Below, in pieces: positions 48,203-57,381 of a DNA stretch of 64,000 nucleotides. Below the pieces are notes generated by a model. The model saw only the letters and a list, made by a program, of their open reading frames with translations. It did not search any database and was not told the DNA's origin. Origin of the DNA: Patescibacteria group bacterium (GTDB lineage Bacteria > Patescibacteriota > Minisyncoccia > Phycocordibacterales > UBA1006); assembly GCA_028286885.1 (NCBI GenBank), contig JAQBQS010000007.1, positions 17,645 through 81,644 of the forward strand. The letters are read 5' to 3'. The translations under genes and the position numbers were made by a program. How positions within the stretch are numbered: the stretch's first letter is position 1; each line of letters starts with the position of its first letter.

Positions 48203-48727
48203 TTATTTTTTCATGAAGAACTTATGGCACGGAACCCAAAGGGCACCGTTTTTGATATGCATGTACACGTCCGGCGACTTGAAGTTGATGCAGAAGAACA
48301 GCTTGAACGATTCGCCTTTGTGACTTACCTTCCAAATGTTGCCGAGTCCGTTGCGCTGGATCGGAGATATTTCTCCCTTGGCAAGTTTTTGCAAAAGATA
48401 CTTCCACGCCCACAGGAGCGCATCGAGCTCCATCGATGACTGTCCTGACGCGCCAAAAATCTTCGAATCGTTCTGGACTTTTTTCTTGTTCGTTCTTGTT
48501 GCAAGGCGCGTTTCGGAGATTCCTGAAATGAGGGTTTCCTTTTCGTAGAATGCCTTGATCAGCTCCGCAAACGGATCGCTTGCCACGAGGCGCAATCCGA
48601 GCTTCTTGTCTTTTCCTTTCGAGCCCTGATCCTCTTCGTCGAGATCCTGCTTGGCTTCTCCAAGAAAAAATTCACGAGGCAAAAACGGGGTTTTCTGCTC
48701 CGGTATCGTTATTATGTTAGTTTGCAT
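48203..48727 (-). CDS. Orphan hypothetical protein
   Basis: 174-aa ORF with an A-rich leader and a terminator. Confidence 0.55.
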   Translation of the reverse strand: MQTNIITIPEQKTPFLPREFFLGEAKQDLDEEDQGSKGKDKKLGLRLVASDPFAELIKAFYEKETLISGISETRLATRTNKKKVQNDSKIFGASGQSSMELDALLWAWKYLLQKLAKGEISPIQRNGLGNIWKVSHKGESFKLFFCINFKSPDVYMHIKNGALWVPCHKFFMKK

Positions 48728-48798
48728 TCGATTCTTTATTTTGTTTTTTAAATCTTATTCTATCCAAGACTATCTGAAACGTGACCCTCTGTCAAAGG

Positions 48799-49590
48799 CT
48801 AGCGGAGCAGCAAAAACACCAGGATTCCGAGGACTATCCGGTACCATCCGAACGCCGCAAACGAATGATTCTTGATGAATGTAAGGAACGTCTTGATGGC
48901 AAGAATCGCGACGATAAACGATACGATCGTTCCAACGGCAAGCATGAGCCATTCGTGCCCGGAAAATGCGATCGGCGTCTTGACCAAATCCAAGACAGCC
49001 GCGCCCGCAATGACAGGAACTCCGAGAAGAAACGAGAATTCGACGATTGCCGAACGCGAAATCCCGATCATCCGGCCTCCCACAATCGTCGCAGCCGAAC
49101 GCGAAACGCCCGGAATAACCGCGAGGGACTGGATCGTTCCGACAACAAGCGCATCTTTAAATGATATTTCTTCGAGGGACTTTCCGACCAAATTCGGGCT
49201 CAGATTGTTGCGCGACTTGTGGGTCTCAAAAAGCTCGAAAATGACGAGTACGATACCGCCGATAACCAATGCGGCCGCAACGACGACGATGTTTCCAATG
49301 AGAAATTTCTTGATGAAGTGATAGAGGACATATCCGATCACGGCTGTCGGAACGAATCCGGCAAGCACGCGCATCCATAGCGTTCGGCTTGAAAGTATTT
49401 TTTTCAAATACAAGACGACGACGGCAAGAATCGCCCCGAACTGGATTACGATTTCGAATGATTTCAAGAATTCAGAATCCGCCAAATGCAGAATGCGCGA
49501 CGCGATGATGAGATGCGCCGTGGACGATACCGGCAAAAATTCGGTAATCCCCTCGACGAGGCCGAGGATAATGGAATGGATGAGATGCAT
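48799..49590 (-). CDS. uppP: Undecaprenyl-diphosphate phosphatase
   Basis: GLVEGITEFLPVSSTAHL, IQFGAILAV, PGVSRS. Confidence 0.96.
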   Translation of the reverse strand: MHLIHSIILGLVEGITEFLPVSSTAHLIIASRILHLADSEFLKSFEIVIQFGAILAVVVLYLKKILSSRTLWMRVLAGFVPTAVIGYVLYHFIKKFLIGNIVVVAAALVIGGIVLVIFELFETHKSRNNLSPNLVGKSLEEISFKDALVVGTIQSLAVIPGVSRSAATIVGGRMIGISRSAIVEFSFLLGVPVIAGAAVLDLVKTPIAFSGHEWLMLAVGTIVSFIVAILAIKTFLTFIKNHSFAAFGWYRIVLGILVFLLLR

Positions 49591-49653
49591 GACACAATCC
49601 TATCACGCGGATTTCAAACAAAAAACTTCCCTTAGGAAGTTTTTTGATGCGTG

Positions 49654-50559
49654 CTATTGCCCGTCCGGCAATCGCTTGTCTAAAAAGGGATTCGGGTTGT
49701 TGACCGGTTCCTGAGATTTCAATTCGAAAATATGGTCGATCGAATTTGAGAACTTCGCCCATCCGGCGCGCGCGCCCAGATATCCGGCATTCTTGACCGC
49801 AAGATCTACGGTGGGATTGTGTCCGTATTCCGGATACGCAAGAGCTATGACCGGGTGTCCAAGTTTCGCTTCAAGCGTCGCTTTGCTGTCGGCAAGCTCG
49901 CTTGCAACTTGCGCGGGTGTTTTTGCCTTGGCAAGATTTACATGATGGACCGTGTGCGACTCGATGTCCATGCCTGCGCGATCAAGCGCGATGACGTCAT
50001 CCCACGTCATGTACGCGCCGTATCCTTGGTAATTCGTAATAATGAAAAATGTCCCCTTGAATTTATATTTCTCAAGAATCGGAAGCGCGTATTGGTATTG
50101 GGACTTCCATCCATCATCAAATGACAGGACGACCGCCTTCTCGGGAAGTGGCGTATTGTTCCTGAAGCTTGTAACAAGTTCCGCGAACGTGACGGGATGG
50201 TAATTATTATCGGACAAATATTTCATCTGCTTGTCGAAATCTTCTGAGGTAATGCGGTAATGCGATTGCAGTTTTGATTCTTTTTTCAGCATCATCGGAC
50301 CAAATGAATGATAGACAAGAATGGTTACGTTTTGATGCGCAGCGTCAGGACCGGTATAGGTTATGGAAGGATTCTGAGATGCAACAGGTGCGGTGTCCAC
50401 TCCTAATGTAGGAGGGGTGGCCGATAGGCCGGGGTGGTATGTATCTTGCGACACGGCAGATTTCGCCTTTTGCGCATGCGACACGCCCGCATAAATTCCC
50501 CCTCCGATCAAAACAACGAAGAGAACGATGACAAAAATTATTTTAGAGTTCGATTTCAT
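49654..50559 (-). CDS. Membrane-anchored polysaccharide deacetylase (CE4)
   Basis: ILVYH, LSFDDG, ESHTVHH, AYPEYG. Confidence 0.92.
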   Translation of the reverse strand: MKSNSKIIFVIVLFVVLIGGGIYAGVSHAQKAKSAVSQDTYHPGLSATPPTLGVDTAPVASQNPSITYTGPDAAHQNVTILVYHSFGPMMLKKESKLQSHYRITSEDFDKQMKYLSDNNYHPVTFAELVTSFRNNTPLPEKAVVLSFDDGWKSQYQYALPILEKYKFKGTFFIITNYQGYGAYMTWDDVIALDRAGMDIESHTVHHVNLAKAKTPAQVASELADSKATLEAKLGHPVIALAYPEYGHNPTVDLAVKNAGYLGARAGWAKFSNSIDHIFELKSQEPVNNPNPFLDKRLPDGQ

Positions 50560-50698
50560 ATCGGGAAACTATAACAGACCTGCATATGAAACGCCAAATA
50601 GTGGTGCGATAAAGAAAAAATAAAGAGGTTGTCCCCACCTCCTCGACAACGGGCATTGTTCCCCTATACTTTACTTATCCATAATTTATTATTTTCTT

Positions 50699-51385
50699 AT
50701 GCGCATTTTAATCATCGAAGACGACCTTGATACGGCAACGTTTGTAAAGTCACGACTTGAAGAGAAGTGCTTCGCGGTGGACATTGAAACGGACGGAAAT
50801 CTGGGACTCCGGGCTGCCAGGACAAATGATTACGACCTGATCCTGGTAGATTACAATCTGCCGAGCAGAAACGGTTTCTCGATTATCAGCGAGATCAGAT
50901 CCGCCGAGGACAAGAGGCGCGTACATACTCCGATCATCATGATCTCCGTCATTGGAGAAATTCCGCATAAGGTCGAGGGCTTTACGATGGGAGCCGACGA
51001 CTACGTCACAAAACCTTTTTTCTTTGACGAACTGTTCGCCCGCATTCAAGCGATCCTGCGGCGGCCGAACGTCCGCAAGGAATCCGTATTCAAAGTCGAC
51101 GATCTGACGCTCGACACGAATCGCCAGAAAGTCATCCGAGGAAATGAATCCGTCTATCTGACGCGCAAAGAGTTCGCGCTTCTGGAATACCTGTTGCGCA
51201 ACGAAGGAATGGTCGTATCGCGCGGCATGATCACCGAACATGTCTGGGACATGAACGTGGATCCTTTTTCAAATACGATCGAAATGCATATTCTGAACCT
51301 GCGCAAGAAAATCGACAGGACCGCGAAAAGCAAGCTCATCCACAGCATTCCCGGACGCGGATACAAAATCGACATTGCGAAATAA
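50699..51385 (+). CDS. OmpR/PhoB-family response regulator
   Basis: IEDD, LVDYNLP, GADDYVTKPF, LTRKEFALL, IHSIPGRGY. Confidence 0.96.
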   Translation: MRILIIEDDLDTATFVKSRLEEKCFAVDIETDGNLGLRAARTNDYDLILVDYNLPSRNGFSIISEIRSAEDKRRVHTPIIMISVIGEIPHKVEGFTMGADDYVTKPFFFDELFARIQAILRRPNVRKESVFKVDDLTLDTNRQKVIRGNESVYLTRKEFALLEYLLRNEGMVVSRGMITEHVWDMNVDPFSNTIEMHILNLRKKIDRTAKSKLIHSIPGRGYKIDIAK

Positions 51386-51404
51386 GAGCAAAGCCCTTAT
51401 GATA

Positions 51405-51449
51405 GTTGAGAAAATCTTTATCCTTCCTTGAGCGCAACTTGAATAGACT
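51405..51449 (+). promoter_or_regulatory. 11-bp-phased direct repeats plus -10 box (putative regulator-controlled promoter)
   Basis: GTTGAG (51405), CTTTAT (51416), CTTGAG (51427), CTTGAA (51438), then TAGACT (51444); no consensus -35. Confidence 0.55.
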
Positions 51450-51517
51450 GTGCAAGGACCTTTCCGCCGTCGAACGGAAACCGGTTCTTTAATCCAGTTC
51501 ATTCTCTTAAATTTTTT

Positions 51518-51622
51518 ATGACATCAGTTGCACAGGCACTTTTGACAAACAAGGATTCTCGATCGGCTGACGCTGCGAAAGCAGTTGCTCTCTCTTCGAC
51601 AACCTACGAAGCTTGGGACTAA
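51518..51622 (+). CDS. 34-aa putative ComX-like pheromone/RiPP precursor (not in ORF track)
   Basis: MTSVAQALLTNKDSRSADAAKAVALSSTTYEAWD*; the only Trp is penultimate; lies between the regulator and the kinase. Confidence 0.75.
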   Translation: MTSVAQALLTNKDSRSADAAKAVALSSTTYEAWD

Positions 51623-51638
51623 TCTGAAGTCCACAATA

Positions 51639-53099
51639 ATGGACGCGCGCATGAACAACATAGTTACGGATGAAATGAATAAAATCTATGTTTCACTCAC
51701 GCGAGGCGGCCATTTTCTGTACAGAAAATTGATTAAGCCCAGATCATCGAGCGAAGATGACCGTCGGCATGAATTCATTCTGAATGTTATCCTCTCCGGG
51801 CTCTTAGGACTCCTATGCGTTTATTATTTTCTTGTCATTGATCATTCTTTGAGGCAGGGAACTTCATACCAAGGCGTATCCGTCTTTTCCTTCACGGTTA
51901 TCATTGCGATGACCGTCGGATTGCTTATCTTGTCTCGCAAAGGAAAATTCGGAGTGGCATCTTATGTGGTTGTCGGAATTTTCTTCGCAGGCGCGGCATA
52001 CGGATCGTATCATTTTGGAGCAGACCTGCAGGGACCGCTGCTTGCCTATGTCCTGGTCATAACGATTTCGAGCATTCTGATCAGCATCCGATCGGGATTC
52101 ATGATGACCCTTCTTTCATCGGCAACCGTTCTTGCGATTTGGCATCTGCAGCTCGCTCATATTATTCATCCGCACTGGTTTTGGAAATACAATGCGCGAC
52201 AGAGCGACGCAACGGTCTTTGTCGTCATGTTTTTCGTAATCATGACCCTGTCGTGGCTTTCCAACCGTGAAATGGAAAACTCCCTCAAGCGGGCGCGAAA
52301 GTCCGAAGCCGATTTGAAACTCGAACGCGACAGCCTGGAAATCAAGGTCGAGGAGCGCACGCGCGAGATCAAGGCGCTCCAGGCCGACAAGCTTGCGGGC
52401 CTGTACCGTTCAGCCGAGATCGGCAAGCTTTCCGCCGGAATTTTTCATGACTTGATGGGACCTCTCACAACGGTCGTTTCGAGCGTCGGCGAGCTCGAGC
52501 GCAAACCGGAACATTTGCCGGAAGTAAAAGCGTATCTTGAGCGGGCCGTCGTCGCGTCCCGCAGGCTCGGCGATTTCATCGGCACCGTCCGCAAGCAGAT
52601 CAGGCCGAGCGCAATGGAAGAATTATTCTCCCTTAACAAGGAACTCCGCGAAGCCGTCGACATTTTGAAATACCGTTCCCGCGAAGTGGGAGTAACGCTT
52701 TCTGTTGTCGACAAGAAGGAATTGCGCGTTTTCGGCAACCCTCTTCGGTTCCATCAGATTTGCGTAAACCTGATTTCAAACGCGATCGACGCATGCGAGA
52801 CCGCCAAAAATTCGCGCGGCGACCTTCTCGGGCACCAATCCGCCATCCATATCAATCTCTCCAAGATGGACAAGAATGCCCAGCTGAAAATTACCGACCG
52901 TGGATGCGGAATTCCGGAATCGCTTCACGCGAAGATTTTCGATTCATTCTTCACGACGAAAGACTACTCCAAAGGCATGGGGCTCGGACTTTCCACAACC
53001 AAGGAAATCGTAGAAAACGATTTCGGCGGAACGATCGCCGTCACGAGCATGGAAAACCAAGGATCGACATTCACAATACTCATTCCTCTCTCGCGCTAA
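51639..53099 (+). CDS. Multi-TM sensor histidine kinase (HisKA + HATPase)
   Basis: About 6 TM segments; FHDLMGPL, NLISNAIDA, DRGCGI, FFTTK, GMGLGL. Start 51639 or 51651. Confidence 0.95.
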   Translation: MDARMNNIVTDEMNKIYVSLTRGGHFLYRKLIKPRSSSEDDRRHEFILNVILSGLLGLLCVYYFLVIDHSLRQGTSYQGVSVFSFTVIIAMTVGLLILSRKGKFGVASYVVVGIFFAGAAYGSYHFGADLQGPLLAYVLVITISSILISIRSGFMMTLLSSATVLAIWHLQLAHIIHPHWFWKYNARQSDATVFVVMFFVIMTLSWLSNREMENSLKRARKSEADLKLERDSLEIKVEERTREIKALQADKLAGLYRSAEIGKLSAGIFHDLMGPLTTVVSSVGELERKPEHLPEVKAYLERAVVASRRLGDFIGTVRKQIRPSAMEELFSLNKELREAVDILKYRSREVGVTLSVVDKKELRVFGNPLRFHQICVNLISNAIDACETAKNSRGDLLGHQSAIHINLSKMDKNAQLKITDRGCGIPESLHAKIFDSFFTTKDYSKGMGLGLSTTKEIVENDFGGTIAVTSMENQGSTFTILIPLSR

Positions 53100-53110
53100 C
53101 TATCAATACT

Positions 53111-55054
53111 ATGAACACTGACCTTTACGAGCGCGCACTGTCGCGAGGATTTTTGGCATTGAAAAAAATGCAGCTAAGAAGCGGCGGATTTGAAAGCATA
53201 ACGTTCGGAAAAGACTGCGAGGAAATTATCCGCCATACGGCGTTTTATCCGGGACTCATTGCCCTGGCTCTTTCCGCTTCAAATGATAAAAGAAAAGATT
53301 CGATCCTGCGGAAATGCGGCGGATTTTTGCGAATGCAAAAATCCGCCGCATGGACATTTAATTATTGGAACCGAACTCTGAAAGATTCGACTATGGGGAA
53401 TTATCCCGACGATCTCGACGACACATCAGTATGCCTCTCGGCACTTTTTAAAATCAACAAGAACGCCGTTACCGAAAAAACGCTTGCATCATTCGTGAAC
53501 ATTCTGATCGCGCTCGAGGAAAAGCCCGGAGGCCCCTACAATACCTGGATTCTCGGCGATTACCGAGGCACGCACTGGCACGATATCGACATTGCCGTAA
53601 ATGCGAATATCGGAGGATTTCTGCATTCGCAGAATATTACGCTTGATGGTTTAAATGAGTATCTTGAAGAGGAAATAAAAAACAACCGATTCAATTCAAA
53701 GTATTATCACAAGAAAGTTTCCGTCATTTATTTCCTTTCGAAATGGTATCTGGGAAAGTATGCTCAAAAACTTCTTGGCATTCTTGAAAAAGGGATTTTG
53801 AAAGAATACAAAGACGCAGATGCGCTCGATTTAGCCCAGGCAATTTCATCATGGATCAGGCTCGGCGGAGACGTCAATTCTATCAAGAAACAGCTTATCC
53901 ATCTTCTGAAGATTCAAAACCAAGATGGCACGTGGAGCTGGTCGGACTTTTTCATCGAGGAAGTGAAAAGCGACCAGAATCTTTACAGCGGATGTGCGGC
54001 ATTTTCAAGCGCCTGCGCGATCGAAGCGATGTCGCTTTATCAAAACGCACTTGCTGAAATTCCGCTGGAACGTGAGCGCGTACGGAAACAATCGCTGACG
54101 GAATCCGTACATGACGCTGCCCGTAAACGGTTTTCCGATTCTCCAAAACCTATTCGCGCTCAGCTCGACCTTTTCATTTTCAAGCTCTCCGCGAGCGATA
54201 TACATCGCGAAATTTCCCTTCTTCCGTTTTTCGCATGGGATTCTTTAAATTCACGTCAAAAGTCTCGCATCAAAAAAACCGAGATTTTAAATTTATGCGA
54301 AGCAAATCTGCTCGGCTGGATCGCCTACACCGTTTATGATGCGGTGATCGACGGCGAAACCAAGGAACAATTTTTGCCGCTTGCAAATATTTGCATACGC
54401 GAGGTTATTTTTATCTACCAAGAATTCTTCGACAAAAAAGGCTTTCAAAGTGTGACGAGAATTTTAAATGCGATCGACCATGCAAATTTGTGGGAAAAGA
54501 TGAACTGCCGATTTGAAATAAAAGAATCTCATTTTGAAATACCGGAACTGCTGCCCGATTACAAACGCCTTGGCCATCTTGCCAATAAATCCCTCGGCCA
54601 TGCGCTTGGACCGATTGCGATCATGCTGAAGTTCGGCAAGAAAAAATCTGCAGAGCAGATAGAAGGATTTTTCTTGGAATATCTGATTGCGCGCCAGATG
54701 AACGACGACGCGCACGACTGGACGTCCGACCTGCGCGAAGGTTTCGTGAATCCCGCAGGCGCGATCCTGCTTTCCGAATTCAGGAAAAAATTTCCCAAAA
54801 GAAAAATCCTCGACCTAGCCGAGAATTCAACGGACGTTGCTGATCTTCAAAAAGCATTCTGGGATTCGACGATAGAAAGAACGTCTGCGGAAATCCTGAG
54901 GCATACGAAACGAGCGCGTGCCATCTTGAAAAAGATTCCTATATTTTCGAATACCAACTATCTTGAAACACTTCTCGCATCGCTCAATTCCTCGGCGAAC
55001 AAGGCTATCACGGAACGAAATAAAACGAAGGAGTTTTTGGAGGCGTATAAATAA
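53111..55054 (+). CDS. Fused class II terpene cyclase-like / trans-isoprenyl-diphosphate-synthase-fold (ComQ-like) prenyltransferase
   Basis: N-half has DLDDT (DxDD) and QW-like repeats (QLRSGGF, QNQDGTW). C-half has YDAVIDGE, NKS and QMNDDAHDW.SD. Start re-called at MNTDLY. Confidence 0.8.
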   Translation: MNTDLYERALSRGFLALKKMQLRSGGFESITFGKDCEEIIRHTAFYPGLIALALSASNDKRKDSILRKCGGFLRMQKSAAWTFNYWNRTLKDSTMGNYPDDLDDTSVCLSALFKINKNAVTEKTLASFVNILIALEEKPGGPYNTWILGDYRGTHWHDIDIAVNANIGGFLHSQNITLDGLNEYLEEEIKNNRFNSKYYHKKVSVIYFLSKWYLGKYAQKLLGILEKGILKEYKDADALDLAQAISSWIRLGGDVNSIKKQLIHLLKIQNQDGTWSWSDFFIEEVKSDQNLYSGCAAFSSACAIEAMSLYQNALAEIPLERERVRKQSLTESVHDAARKRFSDSPKPIRAQLDLFIFKLSASDIHREISLLPFFAWDSLNSRQKSRIKKTEILNLCEANLLGWIAYTVYDAVIDGETKEQFLPLANICIREVIFIYQEFFDKKGFQSVTRILNAIDHANLWEKMNCRFEIKESHFEIPELLPDYKRLGHLANKSLGHALGPIAIMLKFGKKKSAEQIEGFFLEYLIARQMNDDAHDWTSDLREGFVNPAGAILLSEFRKKFPKRKILDLAENSTDVADLQKAFWDSTIERTSAEILRHTKRARAILKKIPIFSNTNYLETLLASLNSSANKAITERNKTKEFLEAYK

Positions 55055-55121
55055 AAATCTAAATTGACAAAACGACCAAAACGGATATGATTAGAAAAAT
55101 TCTTCACTAAAAGCGTTCCTA

Positions 55122-56129
55122 ATGGAAAAACAAGCATTTAAGCAATCACTGAAGGATAAGACCATTATTCTCGTTGCAGACCGCACCTACAAAAAATCTT
55201 CAGAGATGGACCTGACTGGAAACAATCTTGAAATGATCGACGACGAGTACTTTCACGAAATCTCATCAGGCCTTGCGGAAATTTCAGGCAAAGTCATCCA
55301 CTGCCAAAATCCGGCGGAACTGATTGAGCTCCGCGCGGATCCGAGATCGCATATTGTTTTTACAGTGTACGGCGGGACCTCGTCGCGAAACAGGATGGCA
55401 CTCGTTCCATCCGTGTGCGAAGGTAAAGGTTTGCCCTATGCCGGCGCGAATCCTTACGCAAGGATCGTATGCCAAGATAAATGGGTTTCAAAAATTTTCG
55501 CCGAAAGGTACAACGTGCCGTCCCCGAGCGGCATCGTCATCCGGGAACGGCTTCGCCCGGAACTTCTCGAAGAACTCTCGGTTCCGATCATGATCAAACC
55601 CAATCTTGAGGGAAGTTCCATAGGAATCTCCGGCGATTCGAGAGCGGAAACTGTCAGTCAGGCTGTCGAACAAATCAAGAAGCTTGGAGCGAGCTTTTGT
55701 TCAATCATAGCCGAGGAGTTTATCGCCGGAAAAGAAGTTTGCCTCTGTATGGTCGGAAACGCCCCTCGTTTTTCTATGTTCAAGATGATGGAAGTGTATG
55801 ATCCTTCAGACGAGGCATTCTTCATGAATCGTCCGTACAGCGCGGAGCACAAGCATAAATCCTATGAGAGATTTTTACATCGCGATATCACGGAACTTTT
55901 GGGCCCTCAGGACAAGATAGCCATCCAAAACATGATGGGTGGATTCAGCAAAATGGACTACATGCGCATCGACGGACGTCTGACTGAGAAAGGGTTTGTA
56001 ATGATCGAACTGACGCCGGATGCTCATTTAGGAAAGGATTCCGTCATGGCAGCCGCGGCTTTCGCAAACGGGATGTCCTACGAGGATCTGCTGTTTGAAA
56101 TAATCTATGCATCTCAAAACGGCCTCTAG
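55122..56129 (+). CDS. Divergent D-Ala-D-Ala-ligase-like ATP-grasp enzyme
   Basis: LPYAG...DK, IKPNLEGSSIGI, EEFIAGKE, RIDGR; own TTGACA promoter at 55064. Confidence 0.8.
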   Translation: MEKQAFKQSLKDKTIILVADRTYKKSSEMDLTGNNLEMIDDEYFHEISSGLAEISGKVIHCQNPAELIELRADPRSHIVFTVYGGTSSRNRMALVPSVCEGKGLPYAGANPYARIVCQDKWVSKIFAERYNVPSPSGIVIRERLRPELLEELSVPIMIKPNLEGSSIGISGDSRAETVSQAVEQIKKLGASFCSIIAEEFIAGKEVCLCMVGNAPRFSMFKMMEVYDPSDEAFFMNRPYSAEHKHKSYERFLHRDITELLGPQDKIAIQNMMGGFSKMDYMRIDGRLTEKGFVMIELTPDAHLGKDSVMAAAAFANGMSYEDLLFEIIYASQNGL

Positions 56130-56138
56130 CGGCCGTTT

Positions 56139-57296
56139 TTATTCTTCCTCTTTTTTTCTCTTTGCCTTCTCGACATAATACGTCTTCCCTTTCAATTTTT
56201 CCGGCAGCAAGTCTTCCTTCGGGTAGCGTTCATACCCCGCGCCATATCCCAGATTTTTCATGAGCTTCGTCGGCGCGTTTCGGATCATCATCGGAATCGG
56301 CAAGTTGCCAAACTGCTTCGCATCGGCAAGCGCCGCATTGTACGCCTCATACGACGACTTGTCTTTGGGGGCTTTGCATAAATAAACGACTCCATGCGCC
56401 AGGTTGATGCCGGCTTCGGGCATGCCGATGACTTCGACTGCTTTGAAGACTTCGTTCGCGACGACCAATGCGGTTGGCTGCGCCATTCCGATATCCTCGG
56501 ATGCGAAGATCACCATGCGCCGCGCAATGAATTTCGGATCTTCGCCCGCCTCGACCATTCTTGCAAGATAGTACAGCGCCGCATCCGGCTGCGACGCGCG
56601 CATGGATTTGATGAATGCGGAAATCGTATTGTAATGCTCGTCACCTTTCTTGTCGTACCTTAAGAACTTCGACTGCAGGGTATTCTGCAAATTCTCAATC
56701 GTAAGATCTCCATAAAGTTTTTTCGTATTCTCGATCATCGCGATCGCCTGCCGCGCATCGCCGCCAGCCATCGACACGAGCCACTCGCACGCATCTTTTT
56801 TCATTTTGACCCCCGTCCTCTTGATAATCTTTTTCATGTCATCGTCCGAGAATTCATTCAGGACGAAAACCCTGCATCTTGAAAGAAGAGCTGGAATAAC
56901 TTCAAAGCTCGGATTCTCCGTTGTTGCGCCGATAAGCGTGAGCGCGCCAGACTCAACGTACGGCAATAGAAAATCCTGCTGGGCTTTATTGAACCGGTGA
57001 ATCTCATCCAAGAAAAGAATTTTTGGTCCAAGAAGTTCGCCGCTCAAAATAATTTGGCGAATGTCATCCTTGCCAGCAGAAACAGCCGACAACTCGTGGT
57101 AATCGGCATTCAGTGATTTGGCATACATCCGCGCGAGGGTTGTCTTGCCCACGCCCGGCGGCCCCCACAGAATAAACGAGAACAGATGCTTCTCTTCGAT
57201 GGCTATACGCAAAGGCTGCCCTGGTCCCACCAGGTGCTCCTGCCCAATAAATTCATCGAGCTTTTTTGGCCTAATTTTTGAAGCCAAGGGTTCCAT
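56139..57296 (-). CDS. rarA: Replication-associated recombination protein A
   Basis: WGPPGVGKTT, LDEIHRFNKAQQD, GATTENPSF, ISAFIKSMR.S. Confidence 0.97.
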   Translation of the reverse strand: MEPLASKIRPKKLDEFIGQEHLVGPGQPLRIAIEEKHLFSFILWGPPGVGKTTLARMYAKSLNADYHELSAVSAGKDDIRQIILSGELLGPKILFLDEIHRFNKAQQDFLLPYVESGALTLIGATTENPSFEVIPALLSRCRVFVLNEFSDDDMKKIIKRTGVKMKKDACEWLVSMAGGDARQAIAMIENTKKLYGDLTIENLQNTLQSKFLRYDKKGDEHYNTISAFIKSMRASQPDAALYYLARMVEAGEDPKFIARRMVIFASEDIGMAQPTALVVANEVFKAVEVIGMPEAGINLAHGVVYLCKAPKDKSSYEAYNAALADAKQFGNLPIPMMIRNAPTKLMKNLGYGAGYERYPKEDLLPEKLKGKTYYVEKAKRKKEEE

Positions 57297-57381
57297 GTAT
57301 CTATTATATCATTTTTGAAATTCGACAAGTTTTGAAAAATGGTGCAAGAAAAAAGCGCGATTTGCATCGCGCTTCTGAAAT

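Noticed and set aside
51585-53110. ORF-track starts for the kinase (51585) and the prenyltransferase (52760)
   Set aside because: They overlap the peptide gene and the kinase respectively. ATGs at 51639/51651 and 53111 give clean operon spacing.
55122-56129. ATP-grasp as a graspetide macrocyclase for the 34-aa peptide
   Set aside because: The motifs are Ddl-like rather than RimK/MvdD-like, the gene has a separate promoter, and the peptide lacks a repeated TxKxPSD-type core.
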